This document shows, piece by piece, positions 1 to 11,917 of a stretch of DNA of 49,713 nt. Position 1 is the stretch's first letter; each line of letters starts with the position of its first letter. The DNA is from an uncultured Bacilli bacterium (GTDB lineage: Bacteria; Bacillota_I; Bacilli_A; RF39; UBA660): assembly GCA_910585335.1 (NCBI GenBank), contig CAJUCU010000004.1, positions 2,828 to 52,540 on the forward strand, in the 5' to 3' direction. The notes under the pieces were generated by a model, which made no database searches, had not been told where the DNA came from, and saw only the letters and a program-made list of their open reading frames with translations. The translations under genes were made by a program, and so were the position numbers.

Positions 1-408
1 CTTTTCTATCATTTCGATATAAGTATCAATATGGTCACTTGCCTTTTCAATAATGGCAGGTCTTCTAATATGAAGTTCATCCATATCTTTTAAAAACGCT
101 TGTGTATAAAACTCGGCAATCTCATAGACAGTCTTTCCCTCACGCTTAGCACCTTTAAGCATTTTATCTTCGCCAGTATCAGCATCACTCGTCATATGAC
201 CAACATCAGTAATATTCATCACTCGATTTACCTGATAACCTAAGTACTCTAGACCTTTTTCTAATATATCTTCAAAAATATAAGTCCTAAGATTACCAAT
301 ATGAGCATAACTATAAACTGTTGGACCACAAGTATACATTTTAACAATACCCTCTTGATGAGGGACAAACTCTTCCACTTTTCTTGTTAAGGTATTATAT
401 ATTTTCAT
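1..408 (-). CDS. cysS: Cysteinyl-tRNA synthetase, first 136 codons; the gene runs off the left edge of the window
   Basis: My own minus-strand translation from ATG 408-406 gives [49 protein letters not shown]...[21 protein letters not shown]. It has the HIGN class I signature in a CysRS context. A GAGGGG SD lies 5-6 nt upstream. The ORF is open to position 1. Confidence 0.85.
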   Translation of the reverse strand, partial: MKIYNTLTRKVEEFVPHQEGIVKMYTCGPTVYSYAHIGNLRTYIFEDILEKGLEYLGYQVNRVMNITDVGHMTSDADTGEDKMLKGAKREGKTVYEIAEFYTQAFLKDMDELHIRRPAIIEKASDHIDTYIEMIEK

Positions 409-531
409 TAAAATCCCCTCGCTTTTGTATTATTATACCATATCATACGTAAATATAGCACGAAAATGAGTCATCTTAAGAAAAATAAAAAAGTTTTATA
501 TTTTACCCTCAACATAGCAAGAAAAAAGAGA

Positions 532-2835
532 CTAACTAGTCCCCAGCTTTTCAATAACCACTTCACTTTTTCCTTGCACTAAATGGTCAATGATAATAGC
601 ATCTACTTCTTCCTCTATAATCTTATCAATACGTCTTGCCCCAAATTTTTGATAATCGCATCGGGACTTTATCTCATCAATCAATTCTTTTGAAAACTTA
701 ATTTTAACAGAATTCCGTGCCTTTTTAATAGCATCTAACTTACTTTTAATAATGGTAGTAATAATAGCACCATCCATATTATGAAAATACCATATATGAT
801 CAATCCTATTTACCAATTCTACTCCCAAATATTCTTCTAAATAAACATTTCTTAGCTCTTTTTTACTTCCAGAAAAACCAATTGTCTTTTGATTGCTACC
901 TAAATTAGAAGTCATAAAGATTAAGGTATTCTTAAATACAATTTCATTTCCCTTATTATCTTTAATACTGCCCTCATCTAAAATTTGTAAGAAAAGTTTC
1001 AAAACTGCAGGATGCGCCTTTTCTATCTCATCAAGAAGAAGAATACTATTAGGATATTCTCGCACCTTATCAAATATAGCATTCTGATCATTATAACCAA
1101 CATAACCTGGCGGAGAACCAATCAGTTTACTAATGGAATGTTCTTCCTTATATTCACTCATATCAATACGGATAAAAGAATTCTTTGGCACCTGAGTTTT
1201 AGCATATTCCTTAATAAGACAAGTTTTTCCAAGCCCTGTTCCTCCAACAAATAAGAAAGAATAAGGACGTTGTGGTAAATAATTACTTTTATATTTCTGT
1301 GTAAAAGTCACAAGTTGGTTTACGATATCATCTTGTCCCATAATCTTAGATTTTAAGTCCCGACTTAACTTATCTATCTCTTTATTTAAGTTAATCCCCA
1401 GCTCATAAATAGGAATTTTCGTCTTCAAATAAATCACTTCACGCACCATATCTTTTGTAATGACCTTAGGCTTTTGTACCTTCATAAATTGTAGTTCCAA
1501 TTTATTTTTTTGGTCTTCTAAATCATATTCTTCTTTTTTATAGTTAGAAGCTTGTTCAAAGTTTTGATTCATAATCGACTGATTTTTAAGATTGCGAACT
1601 ACTTTTAATTTTTTATTAATCTCCTGCAATCGTCTCTCATTTTTTCCAAGTGATAAAGATGCCTTCGCACAAACCTCATCTAGAATATCAATCGCCTTAT
1701 CGGGCTGTCTCCTATCATAAACATATTTATTCGTAAGAAGAATAATAAGATCAAGTATGTCATCAGGAATAACAGTTCCATGAAAACTTTCATAAATAGG
1801 TTTCAAATTTTCTAAAATTTCTTTTACCTTATTGACTTCAGGCTCTTCTACTACAAGTTTTTGAAAACGCCTATCTAGTGCTTTATCCCGCTCCATAAAC
1901 TCTTTATACTCAGCAGTAGTCGTTGCCCCAATCACTTTAAGTTTCCCACGAGCAAGCGCCGGCTTTAATATATTAGAAGCATCAATCGCCCCTTCTGCTC
2001 CTCCCGCACCTACTAGAGTATGAATTTCATCAATAAATAAAATGATTTCGTTATTATTTTCAACCTCAGTTAAAATCTTGTTAATTCGCTCCTCAAACTC
2101 ACCTCGGTACTTTGTCCCAGCAATAAGAGAGGCCATAGAAACTGATAAAATCCGTTTATGCTGTAACCCCTTTGGCACCTCACCATTTTCAATACGACTC
2201 GCAAGCTCCTCCACTATGGCAGTTTTTCCTACCCCAGCATCACCAATTAAAAGTGGATTATTTTTCACACGACGAGACAAAATCTCAATCAAGCGTGCCA
2301 CTTCTTCTTCTCTCCCAATTACAGGATCAATCTCCCCTTTTTGAACTCGCTTATTAAAATCAATGGCATATTCTTCAATAGAAAGTTTCTTTTTAGAAGA
2401 CTTTTTATACATAATTTTGGTAGAAAAATCATTATAAAGCTTATCAATATCAATATTCATTCCGACAAGTAGACGGATTGCTACCCCTTCTCCCTCTTCA
2501 AGAAGTGATAAGAATAACTGTTCCACACTAACCTCTTGCATTTTTTCTTCTTTAGAATCTAACATAGCAGACTCAAGCACTCGCTTTAGAAGCGGCGTGT
2601 ATAAAAACCAACTATTGGCATTCTTCCCAAGCCCCACAACACTAACTAACTCATCACGAAACTTTTTATAAAAAATACCATAGCTCTCTAGCTTTTTGGT
2701 AATAGAAAACTCATGATGAGAAAGAATCGCAAGCAACATATGTTCACTACCAACATAAGGATGCTTAAGCCGTTGCATTTCCCTTTTGGCATCCATTAAT
2801 ACCTTTTGTGCATCTTCACTAAATTTTGAGAACAT
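532..2835 (-). CDS. clpC: ClpC-type AAA+ chaperone ATPase (Clp_N repeats plus two AAA modules)
   Basis: N-terminal Clp repeat ([34 protein letters not shown]). Walker A motifs [15 protein letters not shown] and [15 protein letters not shown]. Confidence 0.9.
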   Translation of the reverse strand: MFSKFSEDAQKVLMDAKREMQRLKHPYVGSEHMLLAILSHHEFSITKKLESYGIFYKKFRDELVSVVGLGKNANSWFLYTPLLKRVLESAMLDSKEEKMQEVSVEQLFLSLLEEGEGVAIRLLVGMNIDIDKLYNDFSTKIMYKKSSKKKLSIEEYAIDFNKRVQKGEIDPVIGREEEVARLIEILSRRVKNNPLLIGDAGVGKTAIVEELASRIENGEVPKGLQHKRILSVSMASLIAGTKYRGEFEERINKILTEVENNNEIILFIDEIHTLVGAGGAEGAIDASNILKPALARGKLKVIGATTTAEYKEFMERDKALDRRFQKLVVEEPEVNKVKEILENLKPIYESFHGTVIPDDILDLIILLTNKYVYDRRQPDKAIDILDEVCAKASLSLGKNERRLQEINKKLKVVRNLKNQSIMNQNFEQASNYKKEEYDLEDQKNKLELQFMKVQKPKVITKDMVREVIYLKTKIPIYELGINLNKEIDKLSRDLKSKIMGQDDIVNQLVTFTQKYKSNYLPQRPYSFLFVGGTGLGKTCLIKEYAKTQVPKNSFIRIDMSEYKEEHSISKLIGSPPGYVGYNDQNAIFDKVREYPNSILLLDEIEKAHPAVLKLFLQILDEGSIKDNKGNEIVFKNTLIFMTSNLGSNQKTIGFSGSKKELRNVYLEEYLGVELVNRIDHIWYFHNMDGAIITTIIKSKLDAIKKARNSVKIKFSKELIDEIKSRCDYQKFGARRIDKIIEEEVDAIIIDHLVQGKSEVVIEKLGTS

Positions 2836-2857
2836 ATTATCCCCTCTTTCTAAGTAT

Positions 2858-2887
2858 ATTCTATGATTATTTTGTAATAACTTTCAA
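2858..2887 (-). promoter_or_regulatory. Candidate sigma-A promoter for clpC
   Basis: Minus-strand TTGAAA (2887-2882), 18-nt spacer, TAGAAT (2863-2858), about 20 nt before the clpC SD. I saw no CtsR-type GGTCAAA repeat. Confidence 0.4.
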
Positions 2888-2920
2888 TAAAATATGTTCT
2901 AAAAAAAGTGACAAATTCCA

Positions 2921-2946
2921 CAAAAAAACAGAGGTTTTCCCTCTGT
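2921..2946 (-). terminator. Rho-independent terminator after the YfcC-like gene
   Basis: Minus-strand ACAGAGGG-AAAA-CCTCTGT followed by T7. Confidence 0.75.
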
Positions 2947-2965
2947 CAAACTAACAATAATAGTT

Positions 2966-4399
2966 TTAAATCAGTACTAAGATTGTAAAGATAATAAATA
3001 ATACTACTACAAACTCTAGTACAAATTTCCAAACGCTTTTTAACCATTCTTTATAAGAAACACCTAAGTAAGAAATAGTTCCCATTAAAATGACACTAGT
3101 TGGTGCAATTAACATAACGGCACCATATAAAGATTGGAACATAACTGCGATAAGCGGATATGTTGTCTTATCTGTTACTACACTACTTAAGTATGGTACA
3201 ACACTTTGGAATACATAAGCTGGTTCAACGTTCAATACTGCTGCTAGAATTGCTGCGATTCCAGTAGTAAATACGTTAAATCCTTTTGTAAGTTCTAATA
3301 AAGCTTTATAGATTACTAATTGGAATGGATGATAAGTAACGATTACCAAGCAAGTATAAATTAATATAACAAGTGCTGCAGGTTTTAATACTTCTTTTGC
3401 ACCTTTAATAAATCCTTGCATAAAGTCATCGAATTTAACTTTATAAATGAATGCAATAATGAAAGATGCAACAACTAAAATTAAAGATAACTCATTTACA
3501 GACCAATTTCCAAATGCTGGAACATTACCAAGTAGTTTACCAAATAGTTCAAATCCAAATAATTTGAAACCAGTAACAGCAGTATTAGCATCTTCAAAAA
3601 TATTTAACTTGAAAGCACCTGTCCAAGAAATAAATCCTAAAATCATAATAACTAAGATTAAATCTAAAATAAGTACTAAAGGCCATACTTTCTTTTTCTT
3701 TCCTTTTACTGCTTCTGGGATATAACCACTTTCAATTTCAGCATTCTTTTTAGTAGCCTTTACTTTATGACTTTCACCATAACGGATAGTATTGAAAATA
3801 AGTAGTACTAATCCTATTACTAAAATAACAATCTTAGTAACAATTTCAGTAGTAAGTTCTACCCCAAGTACTTGTGTTAAAATACTAACCATATTAGCAG
3901 AAAATGTACAACCAGCAATACCTACCATAGTAGATCCAACTGTTGTTAAAGCTGCTACTACTTTGTCATATCCCATTAATAGTACTAAAGAAAATACAAA
4001 TGGGAAAAATACTATAATACCTAATTCTAGGCCACATACTGAAGTTAAAACGGCAAACAATACCATAATAACAGCAAGTACTATTTTTTCTTTTCCTTTG
4101 AATTTCTTTACGATAGAATCTAACAATGTTCTATAAGCACTAGTCCTATATAATACACCGTAGAAACCACCAACTACTAATACAAATAAAGCAATGAATC
4201 CGAAATAGGAAACCGCTGTAACAGGATATGAGAACAAATCAAATAATCCCATTTGAACGCGTCCTTGTGATACATAGCTACTTTGGAAATATGCAGCAGG
4301 TAAGATCCAACTAAGTAACATAAATATCAACATTGTAATTAGAACGACTTTTACTGTATTATAATTCCCTCCCACTATCATTATACTGATTAATGACAT
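2966..4399 (-). CDS. Polytopic membrane transporter, YfcC/DcuC-like family
   Basis: 477 aa with about 11-12 hydrophobic spans. The N-terminal pattern (LSWILPAAYFQ...) and the length resemble YfcC-family proteins. Family assignment is from memory only. Confidence 0.5.
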   Translation of the reverse strand: MSLISIMIVGGNYNTVKVVLITMLIFMLLSWILPAAYFQSSYVSQGRVQMGLFDLFSYPVTAVSYFGFIALFVLVVGGFYGVLYRTSAYRTLLDSIVKKFKGKEKIVLAVIMVLFAVLTSVCGLELGIIVFFPFVFSLVLLMGYDKVVAALTTVGSTMVGIAGCTFSANMVSILTQVLGVELTTEIVTKIVILVIGLVLLIFNTIRYGESHKVKATKKNAEIESGYIPEAVKGKKKKVWPLVLILDLILVIMILGFISWTGAFKLNIFEDANTAVTGFKLFGFELFGKLLGNVPAFGNWSVNELSLILVVASFIIAFIYKVKFDDFMQGFIKGAKEVLKPAALVILIYTCLVIVTYHPFQLVIYKALLELTKGFNVFTTGIAAILAAVLNVEPAYVFQSVVPYLSSVVTDKTTYPLIAVMFQSLYGAVMLIAPTSVILMGTISYLGVSYKEWLKSVWKFVLEFVVVLFIIFTILVLI

Positions 4400-4463
4400 A
4401 ATTTACAAGTACTACACTCGTATTTTTTATGAAAATTAGATGAAAAAAAAGGAAGATTTATTC

Positions 4464-5927
4464 TTAATCATCCTTTGGTCTCATAAGTGGAAATAAAATA
4501 ACATCTTTGATATTTTCCGAATTAGTAAGAAGTTGTACAATACGATCAATTCCCATACCCCAACCACTAATTGGCGGCATTCCATATTCCATCGCTTCTA
4601 TATAATCATGATCCATTGGCATTGCTTCTTCATCACCAGAATCTTTCAAACTAGCTTGTTCTAAAAGTCTCTTTTCTTGCTCAATAGGATCTACAAGCTC
4701 TGAATATGCATTAATAATTTCCGCCCCATTAATTACAAGTTGGAAACGATCGGTAATATTAGGATTATCATCATTAGCACGAGCAAGCGGTGAAAGTTCA
4801 ATTGGATGCTCTGTTAAGAAAATAGGATTTACAATATGAACTCTTGCCACTTTTTTATATAACTGATCCACTAAATTACCATATCCTAAGTCTTCAAGTG
4901 GTGTCTCACTATCAATTTCAATATGATCAGTATGAATCTTTTCAAGTAACTTTTCTTTGGTATCATAAATAGCAATATCAATATCAGAATACTTCAAAAT
5001 CAAATCACGAAAACTAACACTTTCCCACTCGCCACTTAAATCTACTTCTTTATCACCAATCTGTATGGTTAGGGTACCAAACATATTCATAATAATAGTT
5101 TGCAACATCTCACGAAGAAACTTCATATTATCTTTATAATTTAAGTAAGCACCATACCCTTCTATCATAGTAAAGTCCTGTAAGTGCGTAGCATCTATTC
5201 CTTCATTTCTAAAACATCTTGCAATTTCAAATACTTTTGTAAAACCACCTACAATCGCACGTTTCAAATAAGTCTCAGGCGCAATTCTTAAATAAAGATT
5301 AATATCAAGAGCATTATGATGTGTAATAAATGGCTTCGCTGTTGCACCACTTGCTTTATTATTTAAAATAGGTGTTTCAATTTCAACATATCCAAAGCGA
5401 TCTAAATAACTACGAATTTCACGGATAAAACGACTACGGAATAAAAACTTTTTCTTTGCATCATCATTAGAAATTAAGTCTAAATATCTCTGACGATAAA
5501 GCATTTCAACATCTGTAGCACCATGAAACTTCTCAGGAAGTGGTCTCAATGCTTTTCCCAAAAACTCAAGTTTAAAAGCACGAATCGTCTTTTCACCAGT
5601 ATGAGTAGTAAATGTTTCTCCCTCTACCCCAATAAAATCTCCGATATCATAATTAGATTTAAACTGAGCATAAGCTTCTTCTCCAATCATATCTACTTTA
5701 ACAGAAACTTGAATTTTTCCATAGATATCAGAAATAGTAAGGAAACTCATCTTCCCCATCTTTCTCATCAAAATAATTCTACCAGCAACTCGTACTCCAG
5801 AAGTCTCATCAGGAAGTTCCTTGGCATCTACTATTTCATAATTAATTTCAAATCTTTCTGGATAAGGATTCTCTATATTCGCTAACTTCTCTCTTCTCAC
5901 TAATTCTTGTTCATTTAATTCTCGCAT
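4464..5927 (-). CDS. lysS: Lysyl-tRNA synthetase, class II
   Basis: 487 aa with an N-terminal OB-fold anticodon-binding region and class II core motifs (FRNEGID..., GGWGMGIDRIV). Confidence 0.92.
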   Translation of the reverse strand: MRELNEQELVRREKLANIENPYPERFEINYEIVDAKELPDETSGVRVAGRIILMRKMGKMSFLTISDIYGKIQVSVKVDMIGEEAYAQFKSNYDIGDFIGVEGETFTTHTGEKTIRAFKLEFLGKALRPLPEKFHGATDVEMLYRQRYLDLISNDDAKKKFLFRSRFIREIRSYLDRFGYVEIETPILNNKASGATAKPFITHHNALDINLYLRIAPETYLKRAIVGGFTKVFEIARCFRNEGIDATHLQDFTMIEGYGAYLNYKDNMKFLREMLQTIIMNMFGTLTIQIGDKEVDLSGEWESVSFRDLILKYSDIDIAIYDTKEKLLEKIHTDHIEIDSETPLEDLGYGNLVDQLYKKVARVHIVNPIFLTEHPIELSPLARANDDNPNITDRFQLVINGAEIINAYSELVDPIEQEKRLLEQASLKDSGDEEAMPMDHDYIEAMEYGMPPISGWGMGIDRIVQLLTNSENIKDVILFPLMRPKDD

Positions 5928-6571
5928 ACTTCTAACTCCCTTTCTTTAATTTGGCTTTTAATCACTTCTGTATGGGCAATAAAATCATGAATACCACGTC
6001 CATCTTTACGATAACCTATCATAATTGCACTAGCAATCATTAACACATATTGTACAGTCATAAAAATTGCAGTACTTCCCATATAAAGGTTTTTAGAACC
6101 AAAAATGGTAAACAATAAAATAATCGTATTTACTAAAATAGAATTAATAATAAAAGCCCGAAACAATAATTGATTCATAGTAAGCTCTTCTTGTTCCAAA
6201 GAGATTACTTCAATTTTCATAACTTGTTTACCTAGTGTCTTACCTTTATTATAAAACTGAAAAACAACATAATACAAAATATAAATAACAATCGTAATAA
6301 TCGTACCTAAACCACTTTGTTTTGCAATCTCATAACTGATATCCATACTTTGATTCATATAAGTATTCATATCAATTTCTTGGGCTAAATATTGATTGGC
6401 AGCAGTAGTATTTTGATTCGTTAATTCTTCTAAAGACTCACTATCTGTAAATGGAAAAATAACAAAGGATGAAACAAGTACTACCAAAGCAATATCAATA
6501 AGAAAAGCTACTACTCTTTGTATGAACAATGCTTTTTCATAAACCCTCTTTTGAATCGTCGTATTTGCCAC
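5915..6571 (-). CDS. RDD-family membrane protein
   Basis: [15 protein letters not shown] at the N-terminus, [14 protein letters not shown], and a late R..DG.G.HD motif with TM segments. GTG start. It overlaps the dusB 3' end by 35 nt and the lysS start by 13 nt. Confidence 0.6.
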   Translation of the reverse strand: MANTTIQKRVYEKALFIQRVVAFLIDIALVVLVSSFVIFPFTDSESLEELTNQNTTAANQYLAQEIDMNTYMNQSMDISYEIAKQSGLGTIITIVIYILYYVVFQFYNKGKTLGKQVMKIEVISLEQEELTMNQLLFRAFIINSILVNTIILLFTIFGSKNLYMGSTAIFMTVQYVLMIASAIMIGYRKDGRGIHDFIAHTEVIKSQIKERELEVCEN

Positions 6572-7547
6572 TTAAAATCTCCTCCCTATAACTTTGTAAT
6601 ACTAAAATTATATCACGAATTTGAGTGCATTGATATATTTTATTTTTGATATCGCCAGCACCTTTTAATCCTTTTAAGTACCAACCGACATGATTGCGAA
6701 TTTCTAAACAGGCCAGTTTTTCACTTTTAAATTCTACTAAATAAGAAAGATGTTTCAAGCACATATCAATTTTATCTATTGGACTTGGAAGAATTTCTTC
6801 ACCACTCGCTTCTAACTTAGAAAGAATATTTCTGAAAAGCCAAGGGTTTCCAAGTGCAGCCCGCCCTATCATAACCGCATCACAAGAGGTTTCATCTAAC
6901 ATTCTTCTAGCATCGGCCGCTGTTTTAATATCCCCATTTCCAATAACAGGAATAGATACATTTTCTTTGACCTGTCTAATAATATCCCAATCTGCTTTGC
7001 CACTATAGCCTTGTGCCCTAGTTCTAGGATGGACACAAATAGCACTAGCACCAGCATCTTCACAAATTTTAGCAACATCAATTGCATTAATAGAACTACT
7101 ATCCCAACCGCTGCGAATCTTAACCGTAACAGGAACATCTACAGCAGCGACGACAGCCCGAACAATTTGACCAATTTTTTTAGGCTCTTTTAAAAGTGCC
7201 GCTCCTGCTTGAGCACGTGTTGCAACTTTAGGAACAGGACACCCCATATTAATATCAATAATATCTGGTTTCATTGTCTTTTCAATGTATTTGGCAGACT
7301 CCACAAATGAATCCAAATCACTACCGAAAATTTGCTGTGTAATAGGACGTTCTTCATCGCGCATGTAAAGCATATCAATCGTCTTTTTATTTTGATAAAC
7401 AATGGCCTTATCACTAACCATTTCAGCATAAATAAGACCACATCCATACTCCTTTGCAATTCGTCTAAAAGCAGAATTAGAAATCCCTGCCATAGGGGCC
7501 AAGATGACTTGATTAGAAATTTCTACATTACCAATTTTCCATTTCAT
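6537..7547 (-). CDS. dusB: tRNA dihydrouridine synthase
   Basis: [17 protein letters not shown]..., DINMGCPV, and the TIM-barrel Dus signature. Confidence 0.9.
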   Translation of the reverse strand: MKWKIGNVEISNQVILAPMAGISNSAFRRIAKEYGCGLIYAEMVSDKAIVYQNKKTIDMLYMRDEERPITQQIFGSDLDSFVESAKYIEKTMKPDIIDINMGCPVPKVATRAQAGAALLKEPKKIGQIVRAVVAAVDVPVTVKIRSGWDSSSINAIDVAKICEDAGASAICVHPRTRAQGYSGKADWDIIRQVKENVSIPVIGNGDIKTAADARRMLDETSCDAVMIGRAALGNPWLFRNILSKLEASGEEILPSPIDKIDMCLKHLSYLVEFKSEKLACLEIRNHVGWYLKGLKGAGDIKNKIYQCTQIRDIILVLQSYREEILSGKYDDSKEGL

Positions 7548-7591
7548 GCTATCACATCCAATATTTATAATCCAAAGATTAAAACAAGCTT

Positions 7592-7620
7592 ATTATACTA
7601 AAAGAAAGATATTTATACAA
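7592..7620 (-). promoter_or_regulatory. Candidate sigma-A promoter for dusB
   Basis: Minus-strand TTGTAT, 17-nt spacer, TATAAT, immediately downstream of the hairpin at 7621-7644. Confidence 0.5.
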
Positions 7621-7644
7621 GAAAAAAACTCAATAAAATGAGTT
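7621..7644 (-). terminator. Weak rho-independent terminator
   Basis: AACTCA-TTTTAT-TGAGTT followed by a T run. The stem is only 6 bp. Confidence 0.45.
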
Positions 7645-7662
7645 CGATAATAAAAGAAAACT

Positions 7663-8436
7663 TTATTTTAATTTCCAAGAATGACCTTTTCTAATAGACT
7701 TCAATAAGTTTTTTTGAATATCTAGGGTGGATGCCACTTGATGCATAGAATCTTGCTCTAACTCTTGAATAGGATAACGTTCATATGATGAAACAGAATA
7801 GTAAGAAAATGCTTCGGGAATCACTAGTGATAAATCAACAAAATGTTGATATTTACCTTGTTCTAATAATTCTAATCCATATAACTCCTCTGGCAAGTCG
7901 AATATGTTCTTCATAGAATAAACAGTACCAATATCTTCCGCATAAGAATTTAAAATCTCTCCGTTCAATTTCTTAGAAGAAACCGTTTGATATTCTGATG
8001 GTAACAACAAATAATTACAATAATTCAGTCTAGACTCAGAACACCCTAAATACACACTTAAACTATTAGAGGGAGAATAAGTACCGTGTACATATTCTAA
8101 CCACGTATTCTCTAACAAAGCTCTATCGAATAAAGAAAAATAATACCATGAACTAATTCTTTTTAATTCACTATAAGAAAAACTCCCCTCTCTCATATCA
8201 AAACTACCAAGTGCAGAATGAAAATCTACTTTATTTTTTGAATTAATCTCATGAAAAGATATTTCATCACAAGCACACACTTTTTCCATTAATAACTTAT
8301 CCGTTGTTTCAAATTGATATAACAGAATATCTTTTCTCAAAGAATTCTTATATTCTGCCAATTTTTCATTTGCTACTAAAGTATATTTAGTAACAGACTT
8401 CCCACTTTTACTAACTTCATACAAATCCATAACCAA
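7663..8436 (-). CDS. Hypothetical cytoplasmic protein, 257 aa
   Basis: Long ORF in the operon orientation with a GGAGG SD (AGTAGGAGGTTTTTGGTT ATG). No TM segment, signal peptide or recognisable motif. Confidence 0.6.
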   Translation of the reverse strand: MVMDLYEVSKSGKSVTKYTLVANEKLAEYKNSLRKDILLYQFETTDKLLMEKVCACDEISFHEINSKNKVDFHSALGSFDMREGSFSYSELKRISSWYYFSLFDRALLENTWLEYVHGTYSPSNSLSVYLGCSESRLNYCNYLLLPSEYQTVSSKKLNGEILNSYAEDIGTVYSMKNIFDLPEELYGLELLEQGKYQHFVDLSLVIPEAFSYYSVSSYERYPIQELEQDSMHQVASTLDIQKNLLKSIRKGHSWKLK

Positions 8437-8463
8437 AAACCTCCTACTACTAATAGAAACATA

Positions 8464-8493
8464 TCAAAAAAAGAGACAAAATACAAGTCTCTT
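8464..8493 (-). terminator. Rho-independent terminator after ftsH
   Basis: AAGAGAC-(9 nt)-GTCTCTT followed by a T run. The hairpin includes the ftsH stop codon. Confidence 0.7.
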
Positions 8494-10450
8494 AAACATC
8501 TAATTCACGAAGTAATTCTGCTTTTGTCATCTTAGAATAATTCTTAATTCCCTTTTCTTTCGCAAGCTCTCTAAGTTTTGTAACAGACATTGCTTCTAAA
8601 TTACTTTCATCTTCTTCTGGCATTTTACCATTTTTTACTAAATAATCAATTTGTTCTTTTGTAAGAGTCTCATATTCAAGAAGTGCATCGGCAATTAGCT
8701 TCAACAAATCTTTATTTTTCTTAATAATTTCTGTTGCAGCTTTATGACAATCATTGATAATCTTTCTCATTTCCATATCAATTTCATTGGCAACTTCATT
8801 TGAAAAATGTTGACTCTTATTATAGTCACGTCCTAAGAAGACACTACCTGCTTGTTGTTCAAATTGCAATGGTCCCAAATCACTCATACCGTATTCTGTA
8901 ACCATAGCACGAGCAATTTTAGTAGCCTTCTCAAAATCATTATGAGCACCAGTTGTAATTTCACCAAAAATAATTTCTTCGGCAGTACGTCCTCCAAGTA
9001 ATCCTGTAATTTGTTCTAATAAATCTGTTTTAGTAGAACATAACTTTTCTTCACTTGGAACCATCATATTATATCCACCAGCAGAACCTCTAGGAATAAT
9101 AGTAACCTTTTGAACATCGTTAGCATTATCAAGTTTTAAACCAATCACAGCATGACCAGCTTCATGGTAAGCAACAAGCTTGCGGTCATTTTCACTATAT
9201 TTATGAGATGTTTTAGCAGGTCCCATCAAAACACGATCAGTAGCTTCATCTACTTCACTCATAGTAATTTTATCTTTATTACGACGAACAGCAAGTAGTG
9301 CTGCCTCATTAAGTAAATTTTCAAGATCTGCTCCACTAAATCCTGGTGTTCTTTTTGCAAGATTATGAAGTGTAATACCTTCTGATAAAATCTTATTTTT
9401 AGCATGAACCGCAAGAATTTCTTCACGTCCTTTAACATCTGGCAAATTAACAGTGACTTGACGATCGAATCTTCCTGGACGAAGAAGAGCTGGATCTAAT
9501 ACATCAGGACGGTTGGTCGCTGCAATGATAATAATTCCTTCATTAGCACCAAATCCATCCATTTCAGTAAGCAACTGATTTAAAGTTTGTTCACGTTCAT
9601 CATGACCACCACCAAGTCCAGTACCTCTTTGACGACCAACTGCATCAATTTCATCAATAAAGATTAAGCAAGGGGCATTTCTTTTTGCTTGTTGGAACAT
9701 ATCGCGTACACGACTAGCACCAACACCTACAAATAATTCCACAAAATCAGAACCACTAATGAAATAAAATGGAACATTTGCCTCTCCCGCTACTGCTTTA
9801 GCAAGTAAAGTTTTACCAGTTCCTGGAGGACCAAATAATAGTACTCCCTTAGGAATTCTAGCACCAAGTTTTTGGAACTTCTTAGGATTTTTCAAGAAAT
9901 CAATTAGTTCTTTCACTTCTTCTTTTTCTTCCTTTAAACCTGCAACATCTTTAAAAGTAACTTTATTATTATCACTATTTAGACGAGCTTTACTCTTTCC
10001 AAAATCCATAGAATTCTTATTTCCAGCCATTTGACGACTAAAGAAATAGAATACAACACCAACTAATAACACAATTGGCACAATATTTATTAATATTAAA
10101 AGTAATGAACTAGACTCTGGATCAGCCACTGTAGTCATTTTAAAATCTTGTACTTCAGAAGCATCAATAATCTTCTTCATAACACCTTCACTAAGAGGTA
10201 CACGAACAAAGAAAGACTCATTTTTCTTATATTTGTCAAGCTTTCCTCGAATCTCATAGGTCTTCGCTCTATCCCTTGGAGTAACCTCAAGTCGAGCTAC
10301 AGAACCATCAGATAATTTTTCAACAAATTCATTGTAACTTAACACATTTACCTTTTGATTCATAACATTAAAACAATAGTAAATAGTAATCATAATGAAA
10401 AAGATAAATACATAAGGAACAAGTCCTTTTTTTACAGTTTTTTTATTCAC
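8492..10450 (-). CDS. ftsH: ATP-dependent zinc metalloprotease FtsH with an extra Rho_N/SAP-like C-terminal tail
   Basis: Two N-terminal TM segments, [18 protein letters not shown], the SRH region and the HEAGHAV zinc motif. The last ~35 aa read [31 protein letters not shown]. Confidence 0.95.
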   Translation of the reverse strand: MNKKTVKKGLVPYVFIFFIMITIYYCFNVMNQKVNVLSYNEFVEKLSDGSVARLEVTPRDRAKTYEIRGKLDKYKKNESFFVRVPLSEGVMKKIIDASEVQDFKMTTVADPESSSLLLILINIVPIVLLVGVVFYFFSRQMAGNKNSMDFGKSKARLNSDNNKVTFKDVAGLKEEKEEVKELIDFLKNPKKFQKLGARIPKGVLLFGPPGTGKTLLAKAVAGEANVPFYFISGSDFVELFVGVGASRVRDMFQQAKRNAPCLIFIDEIDAVGRQRGTGLGGGHDEREQTLNQLLTEMDGFGANEGIIIIAATNRPDVLDPALLRPGRFDRQVTVNLPDVKGREEILAVHAKNKILSEGITLHNLAKRTPGFSGADLENLLNEAALLAVRRNKDKITMSEVDEATDRVLMGPAKTSHKYSENDRKLVAYHEAGHAVIGLKLDNANDVQKVTIIPRGSAGGYNMMVPSEEKLCSTKTDLLEQITGLLGGRTAEEIIFGEITTGAHNDFEKATKIARAMVTEYGMSDLGPLQFEQQAGSVFLGRDYNKSQHFSNEVANEIDMEMRKIINDCHKAATEIIKKNKDLLKLIADALLEYETLTKEQIDYLVKNGKMPEEDESNLEAMSVTKLRELAKEKGIKNYSKMTKAELLRELDV

Positions 10451-10464
10451 AAATATCTCTCCTC

Positions 10465-11790
10465 CTATCGATATTTCATTATTATATCATAACTTTCTGA
10501 TTTTGTTTTATTAAATTTAGACTTTTTTAACCCTGGTAACCAAACAATTTTACCAGAAGCATCCACAACTACTGGCCAAAATTCTCTTTTTTTAGCATCT
10601 ACTTTAGAATTAATAAAAATATCCTTAAGTTTTTTTGTTCCATTTAACCCCTTAATAGTCATTTTATCGCCTATTTTACGAGTACGAATGATAAGTGGTA
10701 GTTGAACTTCTCTACTATCTAGACGACAAATAAAATTACTATTTTCAGGGGTATCTGCTATCTTCTCAATTACATGACCATTTGGTAAATCGGCAAAACT
10801 CTCAAACTCAATCTCATAAGTACTAAGAAAATCAGGTTTGCGCTCTAAATAGCATACATCATAGCTCTTAACAACAACTACTTCATTAGGCAAATTATAA
10901 GTTAAGTTAGCCCGCTTGCTAGTAATAAGTCTATACAATAAATCTATATGTCTGTCACTAACTAATATTAAATCATCTTGATAAAATTTAGCAAGCAATA
11001 AATAAAGTATTTCTCTTTGAATAAATTTATCTTCTTTCAAAAAAAGTGAAATGGAAAGTTCGCCTTCATAGGTAACACGTTGATAAGCCTTCAAAACCTC
11101 TTTTTCAAGATAAGTATTAGCATTCATCAGAACTTCGCTAAACTTCAAAAATTTCTCATGAACATGAATATCCTCTTTTTTTAAAAAAGGCAAAACTTCA
11201 CGTCGATAACGATTTCTAGTATATTTACTTGAAAGATTACTACGATCAATAAAATATGGAACATGATGACTTAAATTATAATCTTCTAACTCTTTTTTTG
11301 TAAAATGAATTAGCGGTCTCACGATTTTATAATCACTTTTTTGTACAACTAGATGAAAGCCACTATATCCTCTTAAGTTAGACCCTCGAGTAATTCGCAT
11401 CAAGATTGTCTCCATTAAATCATCTGCATGATGAGCAGTCATTAAGATATCTGCCTGATAATGATGAACAACATCTTCAAAAAAATGATATCGAATAGTA
11501 CGAGCCTCATTATGAAAATTATCTTCCCCATATTTTTCAATCGTCATAGTTTGATAAACAACTTGATGTTCCTTACAAAACTCACGTAAATAAGCCTCTT
11601 CTTCTATGCTTTCTTTCCGCAAGTTATGATTCACATGCGCACAAATCAAAGAGAGTTGATACTTTCTTCGAATCTTTAAAAGCATATCAAAAAGTGCCAT
11701 AGAATCTGGTCCTCCAGAGCACCCAATGACAATCCGCATACCATTTTCAAATGGAAATACTTCTTCTATTTTTAAAACATCTTTCTTCAT
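10465..11790 (-). CDS. tilS: tRNA(Ile)-lysidine synthase
   Basis: PP-loop SGGPDS (IGCSGGPDSMALFD). I place the start at ATG 11790 (MKKDVLKIEE) behind GGTGGTGAAAAA. The 75 upstream codons in the ORF track overlap divIC and look non-coding. Confidence 0.88.
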   Translation of the reverse strand: MKKDVLKIEEVFPFENGMRIVIGCSGGPDSMALFDMLLKIRRKYQLSLICAHVNHNLRKESIEEEAYLREFCKEHQVVYQTMTIEKYGEDNFHNEARTIRYHFFEDVVHHYQADILMTAHHADDLMETILMRITRGSNLRGYSGFHLVVQKSDYKIVRPLIHFTKKELEDYNLSHHVPYFIDRSNLSSKYTRNRYRREVLPFLKKEDIHVHEKFLKFSEVLMNANTYLEKEVLKAYQRVTYEGELSISLFLKEDKFIQREILYLLLAKFYQDDLILVSDRHIDLLYRLITSKRANLTYNLPNEVVVVKSYDVCYLERKPDFLSTYEIEFESFADLPNGHVIEKIADTPENSNFICRLDSREVQLPLIIRTRKIGDKMTIKGLNGTKKLKDIFINSKVDAKKREFWPVVVDASGKIVWLPGLKKSKFNKTKSESYDIIMKYR

Positions 11791-11917
11791 TTTTTCACCA
11801 CCTCTATTGTATCTAAAAATACAAAGAACCACAAGCATTATATCATAGATTTCACTAATTTGACTGATAAAAAACATCCTATCATAACGATCCAAAAACA
11901 AAAATAAAAAAGCTATC

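Noticed and set aside
409-531. T-box or other leader upstream of cysS.
   Set aside because: The interval is only 123 nt and has no GGTGG.ACCGCG T-box sequence. It holds just a plausible extended -10 (TGgTATAAT, 432-440), so no riboswitch is called.
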